Shown here: positions 13,313-22,799 of the stretch, one piece after another
Layout of the letters: every line of letters starts with the position of its first letter
Numbering within the stretch: the first letter of the stretch is position 1
From: Actinomycetes bacterium
Lineage (GTDB): Bacteria > Actinomycetota > Actinomycetes > S36-B12
Direction of reading: 5' to 3'
NCBI GenBank assembly: GCA_965278965.1
Contig: OZ257127.1
Span: 2,100,911 to 2,164,910, forward strand
DNA: 64,000 bases
Program-made: the position numbers and the translations under genes
The notes under the pieces: model-generated
The model's database searches: none
Told to the model about the DNA's origin: nothing
The model's input: the letters and a program-made list of their open reading frames with translations, nothing else

Positions 13313-14167
13313 GTGGATGCACGGGCTCGCCGGGACCGTCGGCTCGCCGTCCTCATCGTCCTGCCGCTCGGCGCCTTCATCGCCGTCTTCCTACTCGTTC
13401 CGACAGTCGTGGTCCTCCAGCGCGCGCTGTCGCTCGACGGCGGGCTGGGCGCCGACGCGCTGCGCCGGGCCATCACCGACGCGCAGCGGACGTGGTTCCT
13501 CGACGCCGTGGCCGTGTGCGCCGTCAGTGCGCTGCTCGGCGGCCTCCTCGGTGTCCTGATGGCCCTTGCCGTCGCGAGCCGTACCCGCCCGCGATGGCTG
13601 CGCTCCGCGCTGACCACGTGGGCGACGAATGGCTCGGGCGTCGGCGGCGTCCCGTTGGCGTTCGCCTTCGTCGCCACGATCGGGGTGCAGGGCGTACTCA
13701 CCCGCCTGCTGACCGAGGCGGGCCTCGACCTCGACCCCGGGGACGCGACACCCGGCGGCTTCTGGCCCCTGGTCGCGGTCTACCTGTACTTCCAGGTCCC
13801 GCTCATGCTCCTGGTGATGCTGCCCGCGGCGGCGAGCATGCCGCGTGCCTGGCGGGACGCGGCGCGGGTGCTCGGCAGCTCGCCGGCCCGGTACTGGCGC
13901 AGCGTCGGCGTGCCGGTCCTGGCACCGGCCGCCCTCGGCGGGGCGGTCCTCCTGTTCGTCACGGCGTTCACGGCCCATGCCACCGCACGCGTACTCGACA
14001 CCGAGCACCGCCTGCTGCCGGATCGGATCCGCCTGCTCGTCCACGGCGACACCGCCCAGGACGACGTGGGCATGACGACGGTCGCGTGGGTCATCGCCCT
14101 GCTGCTGTGCAGCCTGCTGCTCTCGACCGTGCTGCAGCGGCGGACGCTGCGATGGACCTCGCAGTGA
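13313..14167 (+). CDS. ABC transporter permease (pair 1, first subunit)
   Basis: ORF track 284 aa. Six hydrophobic segments and a BPD-type permease loop (ARVLGSSPARYWRSVGVPVLAPA). Clear paralogue of 16421..17281. Confidence 0.82.
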   Translation: MDARARRDRRLAVLIVLPLGAFIAVFLLVPTVVVLQRALSLDGGLGADALRRAITDAQRTWFLDAVAVCAVSALLGGLLGVLMALAVASRTRPRWLRSALTTWATNGSGVGGVPLAFAFVATIGVQGVLTRLLTEAGLDLDPGDATPGGFWPLVAVYLYFQVPLMLLVMLPAAASMPRAWRDAARVLGSSPARYWRSVGVPVLAPAALGGAVLLFVTAFTAHATARVLDTEHRLLPDRIRLLVHGDTAQDDVGMTTVAWVIALLLCSLLLSTVLQRRTLRWTSQ

Positions 14168-15015
14168 CCACCCGACCTCGCCCCCACGGGCCGGCGGCCC
14201 TGGTACCACAGGCATTCCTTGCGGTCGCCGCGATCTGCTTCGTGGTGCCGCTGCTCGCAGTCCTGCGGGTCGCCCTCCAGGACGACCCGGCCCAGCGCCT
14301 GTCCCGCGGCGACCTGCTGCAGGGGTGGTCGGCCGACGGGCTCCGCGCCGCGGTGACAGACCCGGACGTGCTGACGGCGGCGCGGACCAGCCTGCTCCTG
14401 GTCGTGGCGGCGATCGCCATCAACCTCGCCCTCCTCGCGCCCGTCGCGGTGATCACCGCCGTACGGGCGCCTCGGCTGCGCCCCGTCGTCACGACGCTCA
14501 CGCTGCTGCCGTGGATCGCCCCGCCGGTCGCCCTCGTCGTGGGAGTCGTCGCCACGACCGAGTCCTCGGCACCGTGGTACCCGACGAGCGCGTTCAGCCT
14601 CGTGCCCTTCTACGCGCTCTGGTCGATGCCGTTCACGTACCGCGTCCTGGATGCGGGGTTGCGGCAGCTCGACGCGCGCACGCTGTTCGAGGCGGGCCGC
14701 GCGCTCGGTGCGACGCCGGCGGTCATCGTCCTGCGCGTGCTCCTGCCCGGGATGCGCGCCTCGCTCGTCGCAGCCGCGGGGCTGACCGCGGCGACGGTGC
14801 TCGGGGAGTACGCGTTCGCGGCGATGCTCGCTCAGCCGACGCTGTCGGCGGTGCTCGTGGACGGCCGGGCCGCCGACCCGCGCGGAGCGATGCTGCTCGT
14901 GCTGCTCGTCGTGCTGCTCGCGGTTCTATCTCTCGCGACGCTGGTCCTCGGCGGCGGCCCGCGCCGTCGACAGGTCCCGTCGGGAGCAGGCGCTACCGAG
15001 CGCCCGCGACGTTAG
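14152..15015 (+). CDS. ABC transporter permease (pair 1, second subunit)
   Basis: 3' part of ORF 13492..15015. ATG 14152 overlaps the upstream gene by 16 nt. Permease loop EAGRALGATPAVIVLRVLLPGMRA. Paralogue of 17266..18117. Confidence 0.78.
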   Translation: MDLAVTTRPRPHGPAALVPQAFLAVAAICFVVPLLAVLRVALQDDPAQRLSRGDLLQGWSADGLRAAVTDPDVLTAARTSLLLVVAAIAINLALLAPVAVITAVRAPRLRPVVTTLTLLPWIAPPVALVVGVVATTESSAPWYPTSAFSLVPFYALWSMPFTYRVLDAGLRQLDARTLFEAGRALGATPAVIVLRVLLPGMRASLVAAAGLTAATVLGEYAFAAMLAQPTLSAVLVDGRAADPRGAMLLVLLVVLLAVLSLATLVLGGGPRRRQVPSGAGATERPRR

Positions 15016-15112
15016 GCGACTGTTCGCCTCCACGTCGCCTCGCCGTCCTCGAGCTGGTCTGCGCCGTCGTTAGCGTCGCAAGCGACCGAGAGATCCCTTG
15101 AGAGGACCCAAC

Positions 15113-16324
15113 ATGCGCAAGTCACTGCTGGTGGTGCCGGTGCTTCTTACCGCGTCACTGGTCGCCGCGTGCTCGTCGAGCACGAGCAGCGAGAGCACGT
15201 CGAACACGTCGAGCACGGCGACGACAGCGGCGAGCTCGCCGATGGCGGACGACCCGAGCAGCGCTCCGACGACCGCCGCCGCAACCGCCGCCGCCCTCGC
15301 CGAGTGCGGCACGACCGTCGACGAGATCGCCGCGAAGGCGAAGGACCAGGGCGGGCCGAACCTCATCGCGCTGCCGGACGGGTGGGCGAACTACGCGGGC
15401 ATCCTCGCCTCGTTCCGCGACACGTACGGCCTGCCGGCCCCCGTGGCGAACCCCGATGCGTCGTCCGCCGACGAGCTGACGGCGATCACGACGCTCCAGG
15501 GCCAGCCGGACAAGCCCGACGCGATCGACATCGGCCCGTCGTTCACACAGCAGGCGGTGGAGCAGGGCCTCGTCGCCCCGTACAAGACGACGACGTGGGA
15601 CGAGATCCCGGACAACCTGAAGGACGCGGACGGCAACTGGGTCGGCGCGTACTACGGGATCATGTCGATCGGCACCAACACGACCCTCGTGAAGGAGGCC
15701 CCCAAGACCTGGGCCGACCTGGAGAAGCCCGAGTACAAGGGCATGGTCACCTTGAACGGAGACCCGCGCGAGGCGGGGGCCGCGTTTGCGGGCGTCGTCG
15801 CTGCAGCCCTGGCGAACGGTGGCTCGTACGACGACATCATGCCCGGCATCCAGTACTTCGCCGACCTGAAGAAGTCCGGCAACCTCCAGGTCATCGACGT
15901 CACCGAGGCGGCGCTGCTGTCCGGTGACGTACCGATCGCGCTGGACTGGTCGTACAACTTCCCGGCGATCGAGCCGAAGCTGAAGGAGGCCGGGTTCGAC
16001 TTCAGCACGACGATCCCGACCGACGGCCTCTACGGCTCGTACTACGCGCAGTCCGTCGTGTCCGATCCGGTGCACCCGTGTGCCGCGGCGCTGTGGCTCG
16101 AGCACATCACGGGCGACGACGGCGCGCTCGGCTACCTCGAGGGCGGCGCGATCCCGGCCCGCTACGCGGCGCTCGAGGCCGAGGGGAAGATCACGGACGA
16201 GATGAAGGCGAACCTGCCGTCCGCGGACGACATCGCGAAGATCACGTTCCCGACGCAGGCCCAGATCGATGCGATGAAGCAGCAGATCACGGACAACTGG
16301 GGACCGATGGTCGCCGACGCCTGA
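15113..16324 (+). CDS. ABC transporter substrate-binding lipoprotein (family-1 solute-binding protein, PotD/Fe3+-like)
   Basis: ORF 15098..16324. ATG 15113 follows GAGAGGA. Signal peptide plus lipobox MRKSLLVVPVLLTASLVAAC, then a Ser/Thr/Ala linker and a periplasmic-binding-protein-like body. Confidence 0.82.
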   Translation: MRKSLLVVPVLLTASLVAACSSSTSSESTSNTSSTATTAASSPMADDPSSAPTTAAATAAALAECGTTVDEIAAKAKDQGGPNLIALPDGWANYAGILASFRDTYGLPAPVANPDASSADELTAITTLQGQPDKPDAIDIGPSFTQQAVEQGLVAPYKTTTWDEIPDNLKDADGNWVGAYYGIMSIGTNTTLVKEAPKTWADLEKPEYKGMVTLNGDPREAGAAFAGVVAAALANGGSYDDIMPGIQYFADLKKSGNLQVIDVTEAALLSGDVPIALDWSYNFPAIEPKLKEAGFDFSTTIPTDGLYGSYYAQSVVSDPVHPCAAALWLEHITGDDGALGYLEGGAIPARYAALEAEGKITDEMKANLPSADDIAKITFPTQAQIDAMKQQITDNWGPMVADA

Positions 16325-16333
16325 CCGGCACGG

Positions 16334-16366
16334 ACGGGGCGGACGCCTGCCAGGCGTCCGCCCCGT
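16334..16366 (+). terminator. strong hairpin immediately after the binding-protein gene (terminator/attenuator candidate)
   Basis: ACGGGGCGGACGCC-TGCCA-GGCGTCCGCCCCGT is a perfect 14-bp stem with a 5-nt loop, 10 nt after the stop at 16324, followed by TGCCTGTTCC. Confidence 0.55.
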
Positions 16367-16420
16367 TGCCTGTTCCGCCCCACTCCCGTTCCCACTCCGA
16401 CGTCATCTGGGAGGCCGTCC

Positions 16421-17281
16421 GTGCGATCGCTCCTACGCGGCGAGACCCGGTTGGTCCTTGTCGTCGTCCTCCCGTTCGCCGCGTTCGTCGGGCTCTTCCT
16501 CGTCTACCCGACGGCCGTGGTGCTCATGAAGGCCCTGACCCCGGGCGGCTCCCTCGGCACGGATGCGCTGCAGCGCGCGCTGTCCGGGACCTACCGGACC
16601 GGCTTCCTGAACTCCCTCGCGCTGTCCGGCGCCAGCGCGCTCATCGGGGGCATCGTCGGGCTGGTCCTGGCTCTCGTCGTCCGCAGCCTGCGCCGGCCGC
16701 GCTGGCTGCATCCGAGTCTGGAGTCCTGGTCCGCCGTCGCGTCACAGCTGGGCGGCGTGCCCCTGGCCTTCGCGTTCATCGCGACGATCGGCGCACAGGG
16801 CATCTTGACGAAGGGGCTGATGAACCTCGGGATCTCGCTGCCCGACCTCGGCGTCTCCCCGACCGGCTTCTGGGGGCTGGTGGTCGTCTACCTGTACTTC
16901 CAGATCCCGTTGATGTTCCTGGTCGTCATGCCGGCCGTCGGTGGGCTCAAGGAGACCTGGCGGGAGGCGGCGGCGATCATGGGTGCCTCGCCTGCGCGCT
17001 ACTGGCGGACGGTCGGGATCCCGCTCGTCGTCCCTGCTGCCCTTGGCGGGATGCTCCTGCTGTTCGTCAACGCCTTCACGGCGTACGCAACGGCCTATGT
17101 GCTCAACGCGAGCGGCGCCTTGGTCCCGTTGCAGATCCGGTTCCTGCTGCAGGGCAACGTGATCACCGGCGAGGAGGACCTCGGCTTCGCCATCGTCGCG
17201 TGGGTCGTGGCGCTGCTGCTCATGAGCCTGCTCGTCATGACAGTTCTCCAGCGGCGGACGGCGAAATGGATGTCCGCGTGA
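16421..17281 (+). CDS. ABC transporter permease (pair 2, first subunit)
   Basis: ORF track 286 aa. Collinear with 13313..14167 (for example GGVPLAFAF.ATIG.QG.LT, YLYFQ.PLM.LV, SPARYWR.VG.P). Confidence 0.85.
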   Translation: MRSLLRGETRLVLVVVLPFAAFVGLFLVYPTAVVLMKALTPGGSLGTDALQRALSGTYRTGFLNSLALSGASALIGGIVGLVLALVVRSLRRPRWLHPSLESWSAVASQLGGVPLAFAFIATIGAQGILTKGLMNLGISLPDLGVSPTGFWGLVVVYLYFQIPLMFLVVMPAVGGLKETWREAAAIMGASPARYWRTVGIPLVVPAALGGMLLLFVNAFTAYATAYVLNASGALVPLQIRFLLQGNVITGEEDLGFAIVAWVVALLLMSLLVMTVLQRRTAKWMSA

Positions 17282-18117
17282 CGCCGCCCGCAAGCGGTCG
17301 GACCGGTGTGCACCTCGCGGGGTTGCTCAAGGGGGTGTTCCTCGTCGGCGTGGGCCTCTACTTCCTCGTCCCCATGCTCGCGATGGCGCGGTTCGCGTTC
17401 CAGAACGTGCCGACGGCCCTGCTCACCCCGGACCGGCTCTTGGATGGGTGGTCGGCGTCCGGTCTGTGGACGGCCGTGACCGACCCCCAGGTCCTGTCTG
17501 CCGCACGGACGAGCCTCACGCTCGTCGTGCTCGCGATCGTCGTGAACCTGGCCCTGCTGGTCCCGCTCGCGATCGTCACGGAGGTGCGGGCGCCGCGCCT
17601 GCGTCCGGTCCTCACCGCCGTGACGCTGCTGCCGTGGGTGATCCCGCCGATCGCCCTGGTCGTCGGCGTCGCCGCGACGTTCCGCGCCACCGTGCCCTGG
17701 TTCCTGGCGAGCAACCTCAGCCTCGTGCCGTTCTATGCGCTGTGGGCGATGCCGTTCACCTACCGGGCGCTCGACGCCGGGTTGCAGGCCATCGGTGCGC
17801 GGACGCTGTACGAGGCGGCCCGCAGCATGGGGGCACCTCTCGTCACGGTCGTCTTCCGGGTGCTGCTTCCGAACATGCGCGCGGCACTCGTCGCTGCGGC
17901 GGGCCTCACCGCGGCGATGGTCCTCGGCGAGTTCGCTTTCGCGTCGCTGCTGTTGAAGACGACGCTGCCGACGGTGATGGTGGAGTATCAGCGCAGCGAT
18001 CCGCGCGGCGGCCTGGCCCTCGCGTTGTTCGTGATGGTGCTGACAGCGCTCGCCCTCGGGCTGGTCGTGCGGACGCTGCGGCGACGGGGAATGACCATCT
18101 CGACGACGGGAATGTAG
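17266..18117 (+). CDS. ABC transporter permease (pair 2, second subunit)
   Basis: 3' part of ORF 16078..18117. ATG 17266 overlaps the upstream permease by 16 nt, the same geometry as pair 1. Collinear with 14152..15015. Confidence 0.8.
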   Translation: MDVRVTPPASGRTGVHLAGLLKGVFLVGVGLYFLVPMLAMARFAFQNVPTALLTPDRLLDGWSASGLWTAVTDPQVLSAARTSLTLVVLAIVVNLALLVPLAIVTEVRAPRLRPVLTAVTLLPWVIPPIALVVGVAATFRATVPWFLASNLSLVPFYALWAMPFTYRALDAGLQAIGARTLYEAARSMGAPLVTVVFRVLLPNMRAALVAAAGLTAAMVLGEFAFASLLLKTTLPTVMVEYQRSDPRGGLALALFVMVLTALALGLVVRTLRRRGMTISTTGM

Positions 18118-18119
18118 GC

Positions 18120-19163
18120 ATGGCGACGGTGGAGATGACCGGCATCGAGAAGTCCTTCGGGCCCTCGACGGCTCTCGCGGACTTCACGGTCTCGATCGAG
18201 TCGGGCGAGCTCGTGTGCTTGCTCGGACCGAGCGGGTGCGGCAAGACGACGGCGCTGCGGATCCTCGCCGGCTTCGAACGCGCCGACCGCGGCACGGTGG
18301 TCGTTGGTGGCCGCGACGTGTCCGACGATCCGCCGGAGCGGCGGCGCTTCGGCATGGTGTTCCAGGACTACAGCCTGTTCCCGAACCTGACGGCGCGGCA
18401 GAACATCGAGTTCGGCCTGAAGGTGCGCAAGCGCCCGGCAGCCGAGCGGGCCGACGTGGTCGACCGGATGATCGCGGTCACGGCGCTCGACTCGCACGCG
18501 GACAAGTACCCGCACCAGATGTCGGGCGGCCAGAAACAGCGTGTGGCGCTTGCTCGCGCCATCGCGACGACTCCCAAGGTCCTGTTGCTCGACGAGCCGC
18601 TGTCGGCTCTCGACGCGAAGGTCCGCGAGACCCTGCGCGACGAGATCCGCAGGCTGCAGCAGGAGATCGGTGTCACGACGGTGTTCGTGACTCACGATCA
18701 GCACGAGGCGCTCGCCGTCGCCGACCGCGTCGGGGTGATGAGCAACGGACGCCTCGAGCAGCTGGCGCCTCCCCGCGAGCTCTATCTCAACCCCGCCAAC
18801 GCATTCGTGGCGGGCTTCATCGGAACGGTCAACCGGGTCGAGGCGATAGGCCAGCCGGACGGGCGGTGGCGGGTGCTGGGCCGAACGCTCGACGGCACGC
18901 ACGCGGGGCATGCGGGTGCGGTCGAGGTCGCTGCCGTGCGGCCGGAGCAAGTGGCCGTCGACGACGACGGTCCCGCGGCTGTCCGGTCCGTGTCGTTCCT
19001 CGGCCCGATCACTCGGATCATCGTGGACGACCCGCAGGTCGGCCAGGTCATCGCCGACGTCCTGAGCGCGGATGCGGCGGGTCTGTCCGCCGGGCAGTCC
19101 GTCCGGGTTCGGCTGCGCGATGACCTCGACCGGCTCGTCCTCCTCGGCCACGGGGCACCGTGA
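18120..19163 (+). CDS. ABC transporter ATP-binding protein (PotA/CysA/FbpC-like with C-terminal TOBE-type domain)
   Basis: 3' part of ORF 17448..19163. ATG 18120 lies 3 nt after the permease stop. Walker A GPSGCGKTT, Q-loop, signature MSGGQKQR, Walker B LLLDEPLS, H-loop THDQ. Confidence 0.9.
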   Translation: MATVEMTGIEKSFGPSTALADFTVSIESGELVCLLGPSGCGKTTALRILAGFERADRGTVVVGGRDVSDDPPERRRFGMVFQDYSLFPNLTARQNIEFGLKVRKRPAAERADVVDRMIAVTALDSHADKYPHQMSGGQKQRVALARAIATTPKVLLLDEPLSALDAKVRETLRDEIRRLQQEIGVTTVFVTHDQHEALAVADRVGVMSNGRLEQLAPPRELYLNPANAFVAGFIGTVNRVEAIGQPDGRWRVLGRTLDGTHAGHAGAVEVAAVRPEQVAVDDDGPAAVRSVSFLGPITRIIVDDPQVGQVIADVLSADAAGLSAGQSVRVRLRDDLDRLVLLGHGAP

Positions 19164-20719
19164 CCAGCCCGGGAGACACGACCCGCGCGACTCTGGCGCG
19201 CGGTGGAGAACGGACTGGTGGCTGGCGGTCCCTCGTCGCCGCACCCGCAGAGCCGCCGATCGCCCCGCCGGCTCGCGGCGCCGAGGTCCTCGCCTGCCTG
19301 TGGCACCTGTCGGACCTCCATCTGTGCGACGCCGAGTCGCCGGCGCGCGCCGAGTACCTGGACCGCTACGGCGACCCGGACTCCCCGTACGGCGAGGCCC
19401 TCGGTGACATCGGCACGTACCGCCCGCAGGAGGTGCTGACGGTCCAGGTCGCCGCAACGATGCTGACGACCGTCGCCCAGTGGACGCACGGCCCGGTGTC
19501 GGGCAGCGCCGTCGAGGCCGCGCTCCTGACCGGTGACCTCACTGACAACGCGCAGGCGAACGAGCTCTCGTGGTACCGCACGCTGATCGACGGTGGCGTC
19601 GTGTCACCCCGCAGCGGCGACGTCGGACGGTCGTCGTGGGTCGGAGCGACCGACGACGCATGGTGGGACGAGCGGTATTGGCATCCGGATGGGGCGCCGC
19701 CGGGTAGCGCACCCGACCGGCCCAGCCGGCTGTTCGGGTACCCGAGCGTCCCGGGCCTCGTCGACGCCGCCCGCCGTGACGTCGCCTCCCCGGGACTGTC
19801 CGTGCCGGCGATCAGCGTGCACGGCAACCACGACGCTCTGCTCCAGGGCACGGTCGCCCCGGACGCCGCGCTGCGCGCGCTCGCGCTGGGTGCCGAGCGC
19901 GTTGTGGGCCTACCCCCAGACGCCGACCCGATGGTGGTGGCCGAGGCCATCGCGATGGTCGGTCCTGCTCGCTTCCTGCACGACGACACCTCACCGCGCA
20001 TGCCCATCGCGGGTGACTCGGGCCGCGAGCTCGTCGACGCGGCGCGCTTCGCGATGACAACGCGGGGCACCGATGGCGGTCCGGCGTACTTCGCCTACGA
20101 CCTGGCCCGGGTTCGCGTCGTCTGCCTCGACACCGTGAACCCGCACGGCGGTTGGCAGGGATCGCTGGACGCCGAGCAGCTCGACTGGCTCGCGCGCACG
20201 TTGGAGGACTCGGCCGACCGGTACGTGGTGGTCGCGTCGCACCACCCGAGTCCGACGCTCATCAACGACTACACGCCTCCGGGTGCGTCGAGGCGCGTCC
20301 TGGGCGAGGAGGTGCTGGAGCTCCTGCTGGCGTCCCGCAGCGTCGTCGCCTGGGTCGCGGGCCACGTCCACCTGCATGCGGCTCAATACCGCGGTGACCA
20401 GCGCCGTGGCTTCTGGGAGATCACGACCTCGTCGCTGATCGACTGGCCGCAGCAGGTCCGGCTGCTCGAGCTGCTGCGCATCGACGAGGGCGACGGCCCG
20501 CAGATCGCTCTCGTCAGCACCGTCGTCGACCACGACTCACCGGTCGGTCTCGGCTTCGGCGAAGTGGATCTCTCCGACCCGACCGCCCTCGCCGGGCTGT
20601 CGCGGGAGCTGGCAGCGAACGACTACCGGCTGCGCGCACACTCCCGTCGCGGGCTCCTGCTCGACTCCTCCGCCGGCGTCCGGAACATGACCTGGCGCAG
20701 CCCAGACCCCCTTCGTTGA
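19160..20719 (+). CDS. calcineurin-like metallophosphoesterase (large actinobacterial type)
   Basis: ORF track 519 aa. GTG 19160 overlaps the ATPase stop (GTGA). Phosphoesterase motifs HLSDLHL, GDLTDN, HGNHD and GHVH are present. Confidence 0.78.
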   Translation: MTSPGDTTRATLARGGERTGGWRSLVAAPAEPPIAPPARGAEVLACLWHLSDLHLCDAESPARAEYLDRYGDPDSPYGEALGDIGTYRPQEVLTVQVAATMLTTVAQWTHGPVSGSAVEAALLTGDLTDNAQANELSWYRTLIDGGVVSPRSGDVGRSSWVGATDDAWWDERYWHPDGAPPGSAPDRPSRLFGYPSVPGLVDAARRDVASPGLSVPAISVHGNHDALLQGTVAPDAALRALALGAERVVGLPPDADPMVVAEAIAMVGPARFLHDDTSPRMPIAGDSGRELVDAARFAMTTRGTDGGPAYFAYDLARVRVVCLDTVNPHGGWQGSLDAEQLDWLARTLEDSADRYVVVASHHPSPTLINDYTPPGASRRVLGEEVLELLLASRSVVAWVAGHVHLHAAQYRGDQRRGFWEITTSSLIDWPQQVRLLELLRIDEGDGPQIALVSTVVDHDSPVGLGFGEVDLSDPTALAGLSRELAANDYRLRAHSRRGLLLDSSAGVRNMTWRSPDPLR

Positions 20720-20778
20720 CTGTGCAGACGTGCACCGGTTGGCACCGAGGAACCGGTGAACACCTGCACGATCGACGG
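20714..20778. repeat. long-hairpin intergenic element, family 1, copy B
   Basis: CGTTGACTGTGCAGACGTGCACCG is 23/24 identical to copy A. Inner perfect 8-bp stem CACCGGTT/AACCGGTG. The right half is 17/24 identical to copy A. It sits between the convergent stops at 20719 and 20784, and the TGA at 20717-20719 lies inside the element. Confidence 0.65.
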
Positions 20779-20783
20779 CGCGC

Positions 20784-22799
20784 TCAGCCCTGCTGGTCGC
20801 GGTCGGCCATCTTGGCGAGCCGGGCGTTGTAGGCGCGTAGCTCGGCGTCGTCGTCGCGGTCAGCCTGCCGGTCTGACCGGCGGGCCTCCTTCTCGTCGCT
20901 GCGTGCCCACTGCACGGCGATGACGACCAGGACGATGATGCTGGGGATCTCCGAGAGACCCCACGCCACCTGTCCGCCGTCGAGCGTGTCCTCCATGGGG
21001 TCCGTGATCCACGGGGGCTGGACGAGGCCGTACCACTCGATCGCGAGGGGCTGCGTCCCCATCATCAGCGCGACGGCGAAGAAGCCGTGCACCGACAATG
21101 CGAGCAGCAGCATGACGAACCGGGCCCAGTAGGGCAGGGGCCGCGGCCGGGGATCGATCCCGATGAGCACCCAGTAGAACAAGTAGCCCGAGACGATGAA
21201 GTGCAGCTGCATGACGACGTGGCCGACGTGGCTGCCCATGAGCCAGCCGAACGCCGGCGTGAAGTACAGGCCGTACAGGCCGATGACGTAGACGATGAAC
21301 ACGTAGAACGGGTTGGTCAGCACGCGGGTGATCCACGAGTGCAGGAACCACACGAGCCACTCGCGCGGACCTCGCTCGGTGCTGCCGGAGGGCTTCAGCG
21401 CCCGCAGTCCGAGCGTGGCCGGTGCCCCGAGCACGAGGAAGATCGGTGCCAGCATCGTCATGGTCATGTGCTGCACCATGTGCTGGCCGACGGAGACCTG
21501 GGCGTACACCGAGATGCCGGCGTTGGTGGTCCACGCGACGACCGCGACGCCGACGAGCCAGGAGACCGTTCGCAGGACGGGCCACGCGTCGCCGCGACGG
21601 TGCAGGCGGACGACGCCGGCCACATACAGCGCCGCCGCGACGATGCAGCCGGTGAGGAAGAGCGCGTCGAAGCGGAAGCCCAGCACGACGTCGGCGATTG
21701 TCGGCGGCGGTGGGTACGGGAACCCCAGCAGGCTCTCGCCGTAGGTCGCCAGCGGGACCTCGACCCGCGGCGGTGGGCTCGAGGCGAGGGCCACGCCGAG
21801 CCCGAGGGCGAGCGCCATGACCACGAGCTCGATGCCCGCAGTGCGGGTGAACACAGCTGCGCGGGAGAGAGTGCCCAGCGTGTCGATGACCCGCCGGCGC
21901 ATGAGCCACCCGATGACGCCGAGGGCGACCACGAGGCCGGTCTTCAGCAGCACGACGCGGCCGTACCCGGTGGTGACGAGCTGGCCAGCGTTGTCGAGGC
22001 GGGTGTAGGCGTTCCCGAAGCCGCTGACAGCAACGAGGACGATCGCCACGACCGCGATCGACGAGAACCGCTGCACCGGTCGCAGCAGCGGGGTGTCGCG
22101 GCGGACAGCGTGGACAGTGAGGGCGAGGATCCCGCCGATCCACAGGAGCGCTGCGACCGCGTGGGTGACCCCCGCGGTCGTCGCGAGCGCGTGGTCGCCG
22201 AGGTTCGAGCTGTGCCCGGCCAGCGCCGGCAGGGCCGCGGCGACCAGCGCGACCGCAAGCCAGCCCGCGCCCGCGCCGGTCGTCGCCGAGGTGACGGCGC
22301 CGACCGCCACGACGATCGCGAGCAAGGCCATGACGGCGAGCGCCCGCGTCGTCGGGACGTCCATCGCGTAGGTCGAAACGATGTCGGGCGAGAGCGCCTT
22401 GCCCAGGGTGATGCCGAGCACGTCCGCCAGCTGCCAGAACAGCTGTGCGATCGCCAGCACCGCCCAGACGATCGCGGCGACCGCGGCACGCCGCAGGTCG
22501 CCCCGACCGGTGCGCGACACGACGCCGTCGCGACCGGCAGGGTCGAGGAACGCCGCGGCCAGCAGCCACCCGATCGTCGCCAGAGCGGCGACGTCGGTGA
22601 GCGCCCGCAGGATCGGCGTGCCCCACCCGACGACGGGGCCTGGGTCGGGCAGGCCTGCGAGCGGTGGGGTGTACGCGCCGCCGGCGGCGACCAAGCCCAG
22701 GGCCGTCGCGACGACCACGACCGCCACGAGAACCGATGCGACGAGCGGTAGCCGCGGCGGCGCTGCCGCCGCCGTACGCCGGGTCGCGGTCGTCGTCAC
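20784..22799 (-). CDS. copper-resistance CopD domain fused to cytochrome c oxidase assembly factor CtaG-like (Caa3_CtaG) membrane domain
   Basis: 3' part of ORF 20784..23639. Start placed at GTG 22799, overlapping the CopC stop (GTGA). Polytopic membrane protein. The C-terminal half carries the QHMVQHMTMTMLAPIFLVLGAP and HFIVSGYLFYW blocks typical of CtaG-like proteins. Confidence 0.78.
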   Translation of the reverse strand: MTTTATRRTAAAAPPRLPLVASVLVAVVVVATALGLVAAGGAYTPPLAGLPDPGPVVGWGTPILRALTDVAALATIGWLLAAAFLDPAGRDGVVSRTGRGDLRRAAVAAIVWAVLAIAQLFWQLADVLGITLGKALSPDIVSTYAMDVPTTRALAVMALLAIVVAVGAVTSATTGAGAGWLAVALVAAALPALAGHSSNLGDHALATTAGVTHAVAALLWIGGILALTVHAVRRDTPLLRPVQRFSSIAVVAIVLVAVSGFGNAYTRLDNAGQLVTTGYGRVVLLKTGLVVALGVIGWLMRRRVIDTLGTLSRAAVFTRTAGIELVVMALALGLGVALASSPPPRVEVPLATYGESLLGFPYPPPPTIADVVLGFRFDALFLTGCIVAAALYVAGVVRLHRRGDAWPVLRTVSWLVGVAVVAWTTNAGISVYAQVSVGQHMVQHMTMTMLAPIFLVLGAPATLGLRALKPSGSTERGPREWLVWFLHSWITRVLTNPFYVFIVYVIGLYGLYFTPAFGWLMGSHVGHVVMQLHFIVSGYLFYWVLIGIDPRPRPLPYWARFVMLLLALSVHGFFAVALMMGTQPLAIEWYGLVQPPWITDPMEDTLDGGQVAWGLSEIPSIIVLVVIAVQWARSDEKEARRSDRQADRDDDAELRAYNARLAKMADRDQQG

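Noticed and set aside
15016-15112. A structured leader or riboswitch between the first permease pair and the binding-protein gene.
   Set aside because: Only a 5-bp stem with a 2-nt loop (GTCGC-AA-GCGAC) is visible. There is no conserved riboswitch core I can recognise.
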